Part shown: one piece after another, positions 45,901 through 55,088 of the stretch
How the letters are laid out: every line of letters begins with the position of its first letter
How positions within the stretch are numbered: the stretch's first letter is position 1
Virus record (IMG/VR): IMGVR_UViG_3300043570_001980
Span: 1 to 64,000 of that record
Reading direction: 5' to 3' (one strand)
DNA length: 64,000 nt
The notes under the pieces: generated by a model
The model's database searches: none
The model's input: the letters and a program-made list of their open reading frames with translations, nothing else
What the model was told of the DNA's origin: nothing
Program-made: the position numbers and the translations under genes

Positions 45901-46081
45901 CTATACAGGCGGTGGCAACATATTGGCGTTTACTAGCATCCCTGCTCAAATCATAGGCACAGCCGGTGCTATCAGCAATGCTTCCCCTGCTGTGGCCAAT
46001 ACCAATGTGTTCTCTTTTGGTATCGACAACACCAGCGGCGGTAATGTCACTGTGAATTACGGTTGGATCCAAATCAGTTAA
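42983..46081 (+). CDS. Long tail fibre/baseplate-attached protein
   Basis: T4 gp10-like N-terminus (IINYGAAPNDGTGDPLR...NNFD); Gly/Asn/Thr beta-repeats; internal duplications. Confidence 0.85.
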   Translation: MSQEIINYGAAPNDGTGDPLRVAFIKTDNNFDQIWAAGPVGSNITILNNTIQVTNTNGNLTLATNGTGVISTRNHVRPNISQVYDIGTANLRYRLGYFTGLNIDGNVTITGNLSAGNISYTSNVFVGDLKGSVFADDSTIMVDAIDNVLRAGAIYTDDYFYANGSPLVSSYGNANVTALLGNLGSNTISGTGNITSTGNISGGNILGNGRQLTGIVSSYGNSNVTTLLGNLGSNTISGTGNITSTGNISGGFILGNISLANGFPATYGNSNVTTLLSNLGTNVISGTGNITTTANISGSYVKGNGSQLTGISTADTGNVTFDDVNIIGTGNLNLQPNGSSSEYLNIYLTGAADIHVAAGGGSGNVILGTDEEANVAVLQGGNVAIQAGNVAGTKTWTFDTAGNLTLPLNSVVYETNIPDQGLSGSAIALKPTGGTNADQELLIYPTVNDANHLHLTTGNLYNTELFLGDDNLYVKLANTGNIVINSNDDVGNSAQWTFDPTGNLTLPLGSIVYETNIPDQSLSGSAIALKPTGGTTTNQQLLIYPTANDGDHIHMTSGNLYTTELFLGSDNFYVKLANTGNVVINTNDNAGNTAQWTFGTGGTTQFPNSVILAPVSESITMQSDQYSQLMWQNANVIVAPNMAINSNFYVSQNNATLDIAKRDGSGTQVTKSWYWNADGTLTLPTAGRINFDYLSISSDANVSAFYAPAGNVQLAAGIGDAQIVANSLNDSKTWTFGNTGNLTAPGNVSAVGNVTAGNISAGSGTITGGNINGANFNGNVAFGTGTVGGSGNITGGNILTAGIVSATGNVSGNFFIGNGSQLTGIASSYGNANVATFLAAYGSNTITTTGNITAGNLIGNISITSNVVGTQANVTLVAGSYSTVFDNTGNLTLPGNTFAVNYANNTPVPVVTRVEGSWTVPVGNSTQSFTVPINNTYQLWVNCNIPNGIIVYNATVSVSNTNVPAIGYQYAWNYTGGGNILAFTSIPAQIIGTAGAISNASPAVANTNVFSFGIDNTSGGNVTVNYGWIQIS
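43487..43925 (+). repeat. 3 x 144-bp coding repeat
   Basis: SYGN.NVT.LL.NLG.N.ISGTGNIT.T.NISG units near 43490, 43634 and 43778. Confidence 0.9.
44168..44780 (+). repeat. 2 x 300-bp coding repeat
   Basis: WTFD..GNLTLP...YETNIPDQ.LSGSAIALKPTGG units at 44168 and 44468. Confidence 0.95.
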
Positions 46082-46131
46082 TGGATCAACCATGATCATA
46101 TCAAACTAACACAAAAAACAAAGGAACAATT

Positions 46132-46641
46132 ATGGGATTTTTAAAAGGCACAGATGGTATAGCAAGAACAATACGCAATCCTTTGGAAGGCTCCATTGGT
46201 GATGTAGCACTGGACGATATCAAAACAAACACGCTGACAGCCACAGGCAACGTCACAGGTGGCAACTTGGTTACCAGTGGCAACGTGACTGGCAATGTCA
46301 ACGGTTTTGCGTTGGGTTACCGAGACATACCGCAGGTGGCATTTACAGGCAACACAACCATTACCACAACCGATGCTGGCAAACATTATTACTCAACACA
46401 AAGCACAAACTACAGCCTGGTTATACCTCCCAATTCTGGCCAAATACAACAGATTGGTGCCGCCATCACTGTGGTCAATCAAGGCACAGGCAACATCACC
46501 GTGTCACAAGGGCCTGGCGTTACACTATATCTAGCTGGCAATGCCACCTCTAGCAATAGAACCGTATCCACATTTGGTATGGCCACTCTGATAAAAGTTG
46601 ATACTGACACTTGGTTTATCAACGGTACGGGGGTGGCATAA
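46132..46641 (+). CDS. Fibre-associated structural protein
   Basis: GNVTGGNLVTSGNV repeats; GYRDIPQ; C-terminus LIKVDTDTWFING. Confidence 0.75.
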   Translation: MGFLKGTDGIARTIRNPLEGSIGDVALDDIKTNTLTATGNVTGGNLVTSGNVTGNVNGFALGYRDIPQVAFTGNTTITTTDAGKHYYSTQSTNYSLVIPPNSGQIQQIGAAITVVNQGTGNITVSQGPGVTLYLAGNATSSNRTVSTFGMATLIKVDTDTWFINGTGVA

Positions 46642-47381
46642 TGAGCGGTGCAATGATGGCCATGATGGCTAATGTACCCAGTGCTGTGAGTTATACCGCC
46701 TTGGCCGGTAGCCTGCAGTTCAACGGAAGCAGTCAATATCTCAGTATGACGCCAGGCTTTGCTCTGGGCACCGGTGCTTATACCATAGAAGGTTGGTTCT
46801 ACAACAATGCCGACTATACCAGTCAAAGGGCGTTTGTTGCCACAGATCAATCTGGTGCGCTAAGTTTGTTCAACACTGATGCACAGTCATTTACCTTGGA
46901 CAAATATGGTGGTGGTGGTGCCAGGACTTATACTTTTCCCAGCAACACCCTACAAATCAACAAGTGGCAATACATCATATTGAACCGCAATGCCAGCACA
47001 CAGGTAGAAACCATGTGGGTGGGCACCTTTGTCAACACCAATTCTTATGTGACCTGCAGTCGTGCTACAGGTGCCGCAGGCGGAACCAGTGTGAGCGGTG
47101 GCACACAGGTCAATAATCTTGATTACACAGGCGTGTGTAACTGGATAGGCAAATTCTACGGGGGCTATTGGCCTGGCTTTATCACCAATCTAAGAGCCAC
47201 TGTGGGCACAGCAGTTTATGACAGCACCAGTGCCACTGTGACAGCACCTTCGGCACCATTAACTAGTCCGGCCAATACCCAGTATTTGATGTTGGGTGCG
47301 GCTGTGACCACTGACACTTCAAGTGTTCAGACTGTTACAAACAACAACACAGTAACGCAAAATGCATTGAAACCTTTTTAA
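46641..47381 (+). CDS. Concanavalin A/LamG-like virion protein
   Basis: SLQFNGSSQYL, YTIEGWFY, GFITNLR...GTAVY. Confidence 0.75.
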   Translation: MSGAMMAMMANVPSAVSYTALAGSLQFNGSSQYLSMTPGFALGTGAYTIEGWFYNNADYTSQRAFVATDQSGALSLFNTDAQSFTLDKYGGGGARTYTFPSNTLQINKWQYIILNRNASTQVETMWVGTFVNTNSYVTCSRATGAAGGTSVSGGTQVNNLDYTGVCNWIGKFYGGYWPGFITNLRATVGTAVYDSTSATVTAPSAPLTSPANTQYLMLGAAVTTDTSSVQTVTNNNTVTQNALKPF

Positions 47382-47391
47382 AGAATAATAA

Positions 47392-48081
47392 ATGATAATC
47401 CAAGGCGTAACCCTCAACGGCACAAGAGTAGTAGATGCTAGTATCATCACACAGAATCTTGCCATCTGGATCGATGCTGACAATGCTAGCAGTTATCCCG
47501 GTAGTGGAACAACAGTAACAGATTTATCTGGAAATGGATACACCAATACATTGACTGGCGCAACATACACTATGTTGAACGGGGTAAAGTGTTTTGATTG
47601 TACCACAGGTAATAGTAGAGTTGTTGTAAATGGTACCGGTCCTACATTACCAACAACAGGATATACATATATCACATGGGCTAGATTAGAAGCAGGCAAT
47701 CCAGCATCATTTAGAACATTGCTTTATACAAATTCACCTAAATACACTCCAATCACAATTCCCAATAACTCAAATACATTAGGATATTGGGACACCGCAT
47801 TCAGAAGTTCAGGATATGACCTCGCTTCTTCGGTTGGCGTATGGGTTCAATATGCTGTGGTAGGGGACGATTCATCTCAAACATTTTATATAAATGGCAT
47901 ACAAGCGGGAAGTTCAATAGCATATGGGGCAGGCGGAACCACACATTGGGGTTGGGGTAATAACGATACTGCGGGTCAACCCTGGGGCTATGTGGCCAAT
48001 ATGTTCCTGTATAATACCAAACTCACCCAGGAACAGCTACAGCAGAACTACTATGGTCTACGATCAAGATTTGGATTGTAA
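47392..48081 (+). CDS. Concanavalin A/LamG-like virion protein
   Basis: DA.N.SSYPGSGTT.TDLSGNG...YNTKLTQEQLQQNY...R.RFGL. Confidence 0.75.
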   Translation: MIIQGVTLNGTRVVDASIITQNLAIWIDADNASSYPGSGTTVTDLSGNGYTNTLTGATYTMLNGVKCFDCTTGNSRVVVNGTGPTLPTTGYTYITWARLEAGNPASFRTLLYTNSPKYTPITIPNNSNTLGYWDTAFRSSGYDLASSVGVWVQYAVVGDDSSQTFYINGIQAGSSIAYGAGGTTHWGWGNNDTAGQPWGYVANMFLYNTKLTQEQLQQNYYGLRSRFGL

Positions 48082-48123
48082 AACTGATACTAAACGCCAT
48101 AAATATTGTAAACAAGGATTAGC

Positions 48124-48384
48124 ATGTCAAGAGAAATTATCAACGTAGGAACCTCGCCAAACGATGGCACCGGTGATCCTCTACGCACAGCATACACAAA
48201 ATGTAACAATAATTTTGCTGAATTATATAGTCGTGTACAAGATATTCCCCCAGGAACGTCTGTGGGCACCACTGGCGATCTAGCCGGAATGATTGCCTAC
48301 GATGATCAATATTTTTATTACTGCTATCAAGACTACGACGGCAGCAGTAATGTTTGGAAAAGAGTAGCTGGATCATCTTTCTAA
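48124..48384 (+). CDS. 86-aa gp10-like mini protein
   Basis: IINVGTSPNDGTGDPLR..Y.KCNNNF.ELY; TAAATA at 48100. Confidence 0.75.
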   Translation: MSREIINVGTSPNDGTGDPLRTAYTKCNNNFAELYSRVQDIPPGTSVGTTGDLAGMIAYDDQYFYYCYQDYDGSSNVWKRVAGSSF

Positions 48385-48385
48385 C

Positions 48386-51300
48386 ATGTCAACCCAACCA
48401 ACTTGGATCACAGCGGCTGGTAGTTTAGGTACTATACCTGAGGGTATATTTTACCAAGTTCCAATTTTGGCTGAAACATACGGCGAAGAAATCTACTATC
48501 GAATGATTGCCGGACAACTGCCCGATGGAATCCAATGTCGTAAAACTGGTATTATTGAAGGTGTCCCAAAAGCAATTGCCAGCCTGCAAGGTGTTCCTGC
48601 AGAGGTTTCTAGAGATGTCACTTATAGATTTGCGGTCCGAGCATACACTGAAAAATTAGTCAACGGAAAAGAAGTTGTAGACCGTCTTACTGACAGAACC
48701 TTTGAGCTAACAGTAACAGGGCAGGATGCTCCTGACTTTATTACTCCGCCAGGCAATATTGGCACGTTCTATGATGGAACCGAAGTGCATATTCAAATTG
48801 AGTATGTAGACACTGACCCCGGAGACACAGTAAAAGTCAGTTATTTGTCAGGCACCCTTCCTCCTGGATTGATTGTTACTTCTTCAGGATTAATAACTGG
48901 AATTATTAAACCATTAACTGGTGTGCCAGGCACAGCCGAACCCGGCTACGATATGTCACAGTACGAAGAATATCCTTTTGATTTTTCAACACGTAGTACC
49001 AGTAAAAATTATCAATTTAGCCTAGAACTCAGTGACGGCAAAGACAGTAACATACGCACTTTTGAAATATTTGTCTACAGCAAAGATTCAATGAGTGCAG
49101 ACACCACAGATTTCACAGCAGACAACACATTTATCACTGCCGACGTTGTTCCCATACGTACTCCAGTGATGATTACCCCTCCTGGCGATCTAGGCAGGAT
49201 CAGAGCTGACAATTTCTTTGCATTTAAATTTGATGCCATTGACTTTGACGGAGATCCAATTGAGTACAGCTTAACTGTTGGCGCCGGCATTGGATTTGAC
49301 GCCAGCGGAACAGTATACGACGAAGATGGTGTTGGATTTGATCGTGGAACATTTAGTCTCCCACCAGGTCTTTCACTGAATCCAACAACTGGTTGGTTTT
49401 ATGGATATATTCCGGCCATTGGAGCAACAGAAAATACCTACAAGTTTGCAATCCGTGTATTAAAAGCCAACGACCCCACAATCATTTCTGAGTTTTACTA
49501 TTACACAATGACCATCATTGGCAATGTGGAAACAGATGTTATCTGGCTGACTGACCCAGATTTAGGCACTATAGACAATGGTGCTATTAGTCTCTACTCA
49601 GTGGAAGCATACAACACCGGGGGTCGTCCTTTAGAATATCAACTGTTGTCAGGTTCTGACAGCAAGCTTCCTCAGGGTCTTAGATTATTGCCTTCAGGGA
49701 ACATAGTAGGTAAAGTTAGTTTTAATACATTTGCCCTGGACAGCGGAACAACCACGTTTGACACAGATCCTAGTACCCGAGTTGTTGCTGATCCAACTAC
49801 GTTTGACTTAAAGTTTGATTTTACTGTCAACGCATACAGTCCTCAAACAGCTACCTCGGGTTATAAAGTTTCAGCAATTCAGATTACCAACGGTGGATCA
49901 GGATATGTATCTGCACCAACTGTGACTATTTCTGCTCCCCCAAGCACTTCGAATTCAGAACGTGCAACTGCTGGCGTAGTGACCATAGTTGGTGGTGTTA
50001 TCACTAGTATTGCTCTGGGCAACGGCGGATTTGGATATGTAAGCCCACCAACTGTTACCATCACTGGCGGTGGCGGAGTTGGTGCAACAGCCACAGTACA
50101 AGTTGAAGATACAGCAAATATAAACCTTGTGTCTGTGTTCCGTAGATTTTCTATCACAGTAAATCGTGCATACAACGAGCCTTACGAAAAATTATATATC
50201 AAGGCCATGCCTCCTCTAAAAGATCGTGCAATCATTGGACAACTGGTACAAAATCAGGATATTATTCCTGCAGATTTGATATATCGCTCTGATGATGCCA
50301 ATTTTGGAATATCACAGAATGTGGTATATGATCACGCATATGGATTGACTGCATCAAGTTTAGAAAAATATATTTCTAGCTTAGACATCAACCACTATTG
50401 GAAAAACCTAACACTTGGCGATATCAAAACTGCACAAGCACTGGACAACAATGGCAAGGTTATCTATGAAATTGTCTACAGTGAAATTATTGACAATCTA
50501 GTCAACAACGAAGGACAAAGTGTTGGCAAGGCTGTGACTCTTGCTTACCCTATTAATGCTGGTGATTCAACTGAGGTATCGGTGGTGTATCCAAATAGCC
50601 TAGTTGACATGCGAACCCAAGTGATCGATGTTGTTGGGCAAATTAGTCCAGTATTACCATTGTGGATGACATCAAAACAATCAAATGGACAAGTTTTAGG
50701 ATTTACAACTGCCTGGGTAATTGCGTATGTTAAACCAGGCAGTTCGGGTAGAATTGCCTATAACATTAAAGAACTGTTTGGTCAAGAGCTCAATATCATT
50801 GATTTTGAAGTTGATAGATATGAACTAGACCGCTCACTGACTTACAACTGGTTCCCTTATGAAGATAGTGTGTTTGGCGGCAAGTGGATTCCGTACCCAC
50901 CGGCAGCCACTACATTTGATACTGTAGAACGCCCGCTGGGATTAAGATACATTGGACAGGTTGATTATGTTACTACATTGGCATATTCACAAATTAATAA
51001 TCAAACGTTAGACTACATCAGATCCCTGGGTGGTATAGATGGAGCATCAGGACGTTTTTTAAACGGCGAAACTCTCATCTTAAAGAAGCAAGAAAACTTT
51101 GGTGGAATGACTATAGATGAAGCCTTTAGCAATTATCTAGGAGGTTACGATCCCACACAACCAGCTATAGTTCCCTACGATGATGGCACCTATGATGAGT
51201 CAGTGGTAATTCCCCCGCCTGAACGTCTGGATGTTTATAGAATTTCCATCACTGCTGAAAATGTGGTATTTTTAACTCCAGTTCTACAAGTGGTCCCCAA

Positions 51301-51535
51301 CGACTATGTTAAAATTTTAAACGGGAATACTTATAGGGGTCAAGAGTTGTATGTTCCTTACGCGGCGCCGCCCGGATTAACCTATCGCGCCTGGACTTAC
51401 ATTCCAGAAAGACCAACAACTCCTACCATCTTTGATGGTAATAGTACTAGATTTATAGCACCAGTTAATATATTAACAAACACCGATGTGTACGATAAAT
51501 ATCTGGTATTTCCAAAGAGGACAATTTTAGGATAA
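48386..51535 (+). CDS. Baseplate wedge-like protein with Ig-like domains
   Basis: Repeated W.T..G.LG / LPPGL.L segments; 1049 aa in the structural operon. Confidence 0.75.
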   Translation: MSTQPTWITAAGSLGTIPEGIFYQVPILAETYGEEIYYRMIAGQLPDGIQCRKTGIIEGVPKAIASLQGVPAEVSRDVTYRFAVRAYTEKLVNGKEVVDRLTDRTFELTVTGQDAPDFITPPGNIGTFYDGTEVHIQIEYVDTDPGDTVKVSYLSGTLPPGLIVTSSGLITGIIKPLTGVPGTAEPGYDMSQYEEYPFDFSTRSTSKNYQFSLELSDGKDSNIRTFEIFVYSKDSMSADTTDFTADNTFITADVVPIRTPVMITPPGDLGRIRADNFFAFKFDAIDFDGDPIEYSLTVGAGIGFDASGTVYDEDGVGFDRGTFSLPPGLSLNPTTGWFYGYIPAIGATENTYKFAIRVLKANDPTIISEFYYYTMTIIGNVETDVIWLTDPDLGTIDNGAISLYSVEAYNTGGRPLEYQLLSGSDSKLPQGLRLLPSGNIVGKVSFNTFALDSGTTTFDTDPSTRVVADPTTFDLKFDFTVNAYSPQTATSGYKVSAIQITNGGSGYVSAPTVTISAPPSTSNSERATAGVVTIVGGVITSIALGNGGFGYVSPPTVTITGGGGVGATATVQVEDTANINLVSVFRRFSITVNRAYNEPYEKLYIKAMPPLKDRAIIGQLVQNQDIIPADLIYRSDDANFGISQNVVYDHAYGLTASSLEKYISSLDINHYWKNLTLGDIKTAQALDNNGKVIYEIVYSEIIDNLVNNEGQSVGKAVTLAYPINAGDSTEVSVVYPNSLVDMRTQVIDVVGQISPVLPLWMTSKQSNGQVLGFTTAWVIAYVKPGSSGRIAYNIKELFGQELNIIDFEVDRYELDRSLTYNWFPYEDSVFGGKWIPYPPAATTFDTVERPLGLRYIGQVDYVTTLAYSQINNQTLDYIRSLGGIDGASGRFLNGETLILKKQENFGGMTIDEAFSNYLGGYDPTQPAIVPYDDGTYDESVVIPPPERLDVYRISITAENVVFLTPVLQVVPNDYVKILNGNTYRGQELYVPYAAPPGLTYRAWTYIPERPTTPTIFDGNSTRFIAPVNILTNTDVYDKYLVFPKRTILG

Positions 51536-51538
51536 AAT

Positions 51539-52420
51539 ATGGCAAGTAATATCAACCCAAACAACATTGACGGCACCTACCCAGTTGCTGGTCAGGACAA
51601 CGATAGTCAAGGTTTTCGTGACAATTTTACCAACACAAAAACCAATTTTGCTTATGCGTCGGCTGAAATCAGCGACCTTCAGAGCAAGGTAATTTTAAAA
51701 GCGGCGCTAACCGGATCAACCTTGGACAATAACATGGGTGGTAGTTTACTACAAAACGCTCAGTTACAAGACATGAGCGAAACTCGTGTTGCACTAGGAA
51801 CAGTCACTGGATCGCAGACAATTAACTACGCTGCCGGACCATACTATACATTAACAACATCTGGCGCTATTACTCTTTCTTTTACTAATTTTCCAGCCGC
51901 AGGATCAGTGGCACGTTTGCGCTTGCAGATCAACATTGCCAGCACCAGCCACACGCTGACATTGCCAGCTGCCGTTAGTCTAGGAACTAGCAACATTCAA
52001 GGTCTTGCCAGCAATATTATTACATTTAATAAAACAGGTACCTATGAATTTGAATTTGAAACTGGCGATGGTGGAAGTACAATTACCATCATTGACCAAA
52101 ACAGAAACCTAGATCCAATTTACCTACCAAGTTCCGAAGACTTGGCATCTGGTGGTGCCGCAAACGTATTGTTGACTACATCATATTTTAGTACGTCGGC
52201 TGCTGAAACTGCTACGTTGGCAGCCGGTTACACTGGTCAGGTCAAAGTATTTGCCATGTACGCTGACAGCGGAGACATGGTTATTACAGTGACCAATGCA
52301 GGATGGAAGTCATCAGGCACAGGCACAATTACATTTGACACTATTGGCGATGCATGTACACTGATGTACATTAACTCAAAATGGTTTGCCATTGGCGCAA
52401 ACGGTGTGACATTTGCCTAA
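51539..52420 (+). CDS. Virion structural protein (baseplate/fibre)
   Basis: YPVAGQDNDSQGFRDNF...EI.DLQ coiled coil, then a beta-rich region. Confidence 0.75.
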   Translation: MASNINPNNIDGTYPVAGQDNDSQGFRDNFTNTKTNFAYASAEISDLQSKVILKAALTGSTLDNNMGGSLLQNAQLQDMSETRVALGTVTGSQTINYAAGPYYTLTTSGAITLSFTNFPAAGSVARLRLQINIASTSHTLTLPAAVSLGTSNIQGLASNIITFNKTGTYEFEFETGDGGSTITIIDQNRNLDPIYLPSSEDLASGGAANVLLTTSYFSTSAAETATLAAGYTGQVKVFAMYADSGDMVITVTNAGWKSSGTGTITFDTIGDACTLMYINSKWFAIGANGVTFA

Positions 52421-52429
52421 CCAAAACAC

Positions 52430-52476
52430 TTGACCTTACAGGCCCTTATTGCTATAATAGCATCAAGGGCTTTTTT
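52430..52476 (+). promoter_or_regulatory. Sigma70 promoter embedded in a terminator hairpin
   Basis: TTGACC(52430)-N17-TATAAT(52453); AGGCCCTT..TGCTA-TAA-TAGCA..AAGGGCTT then T run. Confidence 0.8.
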
Positions 52477-52480
52477 ATTC

Positions 52481-52720
52481 ATGGAACATCCACTAATAAA
52501 CAACATTGACGGACTGAGCTTAGAAGAATTACAATCTAAGATATCCGAGTTGAACAAAAAATTAGGTTTTGCACATCGGACAGGAAATGCATTTTTGTCA
52601 GACCAGATAAGAATGGCCATAGAAACATACACTAACAAGTATCGAGAAAAAACACAAAAAATGTATGATGCAAGTAAAAAATCAGGTCCTGATTTCTCAG
52701 ATAAAATAGATATATCATGA
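52481..52720 (+). CDS. Hypothetical coiled-coil protein
   Basis: 79 aa from MEHPLIN. Confidence 0.7.
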   Translation: MEHPLINNIDGLSLEELQSKISELNKKLGFAHRTGNAFLSDQIRMAIETYTNKYREKTQKMYDASKKSGPDFSDKIDIS

Positions 52721-53328
52721 ATGTTAAATTAAGAAAAACATTTGACTTTGCCGCTGGCATGGTATATCAAAAAAAGTTTTTAATTAACTTGTATTCCATA
52801 GAATTAAAAATGGTCACAGCAACCAGTGATCCCAATGAGCAAAATATTGCCTACGAAAGAATACGCTACTGGATAGATTCGGTGTTGAATGACGGTGTGT
52901 TGATTGCAGATGACAGTGAACTAATCACAGCTTATAGAGAAACAGAGCAACGACTAATTACGTTACCTACTGAACCTGTTGACCAAGTGATTGGATTTGT
53001 GCTATTTTCAAAATTCAATGCAATCACAGAGTCTAGACTGATTATTACAGACATAGAAATATCCAGTATACACGGCGACAGTATGATTTATGCACACAAC
53101 GAAAATGAATCTATCAATGGATTTGAATACACCGGTTGGTGGAACGACTCCAAACCTTCCTGGACAAATAATTCTAAAAAGAAACGTGGAACTAGCAAAG
53201 TTATTACTTTGGATAGAATGCCTGAATGGAAAGAGTTAGATCTAGACTGGGAAAATACCGAGTTGACAAACGACAAAGATCATAGTACTGTGTTATTTGC
53301 AGATTTTTTAAAAGATGAAAAAAAGTAA
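52717..53328 (+). CDS. Hypothetical protein
   Basis: 203 aa; ATGA-coupled. Confidence 0.75.
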   Translation: MNVKLRKTFDFAAGMVYQKKFLINLYSIELKMVTATSDPNEQNIAYERIRYWIDSVLNDGVLIADDSELITAYRETEQRLITLPTEPVDQVIGFVLFSKFNAITESRLIITDIEISSIHGDSMIYAHNENESINGFEYTGWWNDSKPSWTNNSKKKRGTSKVITLDRMPEWKELDLDWENTELTNDKDHSTVLFADFLKDEKK

Positions 53329-53839
53329 ATTTGGAGAATTAATATTCTCTGATCATGATCTATGTGACCTTACCATGCAAGGACATGATGTTTGTTCAAT
53401 GTCCGGAATCATAGTTGACAAATCTGTGAACATTGAGCAATTGGTATCTCTCTTAGAGGAAGCGCCGGAGTCGTTGACCACCTGGACATTTCCGGATAAC
53501 AATGATGTTTCTATTTCAGATTGGGACAGATTTAAACAAGATACCTGGTATATGCCCGATGCTTATAAAAATTTAGATATTGCTGAACATGTGTTAACTC
53601 TTTGTAAAACTGATGCAGAACTACAAAGAGTCGGGCAAGAATTATTGTTATTTCAAGAACGTAATTTATTTGGGCTACTGCGTTATTTGAAATACTTAGT
53701 AGATGTAATGAAGGAAAATCGTGTAATCTGGGGAGTAGGCCGTGGATCTAGTGTGGCCAGTTATGTGTTATACTTGTTGGAAGTTCATCAAGTAGACAGT
53801 CTGCACTATGATTTAGACCCTACCGAGTTTTTACGTTAA
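53315..53839 (+). CDS. DNA polymerase III alpha (DnaE)-like fragment
   Basis: ELQRVGQEL...YLVDVMKENRVIWGVGRGSSVASYVLYLL.V..VD.L.YDL...FLR; only 174 aa. Confidence 0.8.
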   Translation: MKKSKFGELIFSDHDLCDLTMQGHDVCSMSGIIVDKSVNIEQLVSLLEEAPESLTTWTFPDNNDVSISDWDRFKQDTWYMPDAYKNLDIAEHVLTLCKTDAELQRVGQELLLFQERNLFGLLRYLKYLVDVMKENRVIWGVGRGSSVASYVLYLLEVHQVDSLHYDLDPTEFLR

Positions 53840-53862
53840 ATAAAATTTTAAGAGGATAGACA

Positions 53863-54306
53863 ATGACACGCAAAATTTATAAAACTGCCAACGGAAAAAC
53901 CGTTGACCTTGGAGCACTACAACTTCAGAATGAAGAAGTACGTGCTGTGGGTAATATGGGCGTAAATGCTCGTGGTGATTTAATTGACAGTATGAATCGT
54001 CCTATTGATTCTCGCAATAATCGAGTAAACAAACAATATGGACGTCAAACAAATGTGCAAGATACAAAGATTTATTCTAGTGCCAAATCAGCAGAAGCAT
54101 CAACTCCAGTGGTTGAAATACCCGATGCACCAGAAGATTTCAATGATAATTTTGTCAAACCAATTGATGTACCTGAGGCTGCCTCAGGTCCTGAGGCTCA
54201 GGAAGTTGTTGGTTTAGCCGCGGCCATTGCCAGAGCAAGACAGGTCAAACAAGAACCATTAAAAACAGCACGTCAGATGGCACAGGAAGAAAACAGGAAA
54301 ATTTAA
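53863..54306 (+). CDS. Hypothetical protein
   Basis: AVGNMGVNARGD; TAAATA at 53837; AGAGGA SD. Confidence 0.75.
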   Translation: MTRKIYKTANGKTVDLGALQLQNEEVRAVGNMGVNARGDLIDSMNRPIDSRNNRVNKQYGRQTNVQDTKIYSSAKSAEASTPVVEIPDAPEDFNDNFVKPIDVPEAASGPEAQEVVGLAAAIARARQVKQEPLKTARQMAQEENRKI

Positions 54307-54307
54307 G

Positions 54308-54682
54308 ATGAAATTAGCTTTTGCACCGCATAAAATTTCCAAACTACGACCACTAGGCGACACAGTAATTGTTGCTGAAATGGAGTTTTCGGGCCGCAAA
54401 CTACAAAGCGGTATTTTGCTATTAAACGACAATGGCACCACAGCCGGAATCAGACCACGCTGGGGTGAAGTTTATGCTGTTGGTCCTGAACAAAAAGATG
54501 TCACTGTTGGACAATGGATTTGTGTAGCACACGGACGTTGGACACGTGGTGTGGAAATTGAAGATGACGTTGGAACAAAAACAATTCGAAAAGTTGATCC
54601 AAAGGATATCCTATTGATATCTGAGACTCAGCCGTCTGATGACACTATGTCTGACGCCATTCAAGCATCCTCTCGCCGTTAA
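54308..54682 (+). CDS. GroES-like co-chaperonin
   Basis: LRPLGDTVIV...SGILL...GEVYAVGP...VTVG. Confidence 0.85.
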   Translation: MKLAFAPHKISKLRPLGDTVIVAEMEFSGRKLQSGILLLNDNGTTAGIRPRWGEVYAVGPEQKDVTVGQWICVAHGRWTRGVEIEDDVGTKTIRKVDPKDILLISETQPSDDTMSDAIQASSRR

Positions 54683-54924
54683 TGGGTTTTAAACAAGACT
54701 GGGACGTTGCTGACATTTATCAGCAACTGCGTTCTATTGCCTCTCAAGTTCGTTCCCCATACAACGACGGTTTTACCTCTTCCTGTTGCAAACAAGACTT
54801 ATATCGTGTAAAATGCTTTATAGAAGACTTGTATGTAGACCTGCCTAAATTTGCAGATGAAGATCGGTGGGAACAAGATAGGATGATTGAGATACTAAAA
54901 AGAAATGACAAAAATCGTAATTAG
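54682..54924 (+). CDS. Hypothetical protein
   Basis: 80 aa. Confidence 0.65.
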   Translation: MGFKQDWDVADIYQQLRSIASQVRSPYNDGFTSSCCKQDLYRVKCFIEDLYVDLPKFADEDRWEQDRMIEILKRNDKNRN

Positions 54925-55087
54925 CAGAAACCAATTTGAAAAACTTAAAGAAGTTTTTGAAATGTATGATCTTGACAGAGTAACGTGGTCAGAAGAATCC
55001 GTCAGCGGTATCGGGCCCAATGTTAGCATTGAGTTTGATCCTAAGTCAACAATTAAATTAGATATAACAGACGTGGAGAGTTGGTAA
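54905..55087 (+). CDS. Hypothetical protein
   Basis: 60 aa; ends DITDVESW. Confidence 0.65.
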   Translation: MTKIVISRNQFEKLKEVFEMYDLDRVTWSEESVSGIGPNVSIEFDPKSTIKLDITDVESW

Positions 55088-55088
55088 T

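Noticed and set aside
43487-48081. Fibre repeats or lectin genes as DGR template/variable repeats
   Set aside because: Differences are not adenine-specific, both copies are in frame within one gene, and no reverse transcriptase is present in the window.
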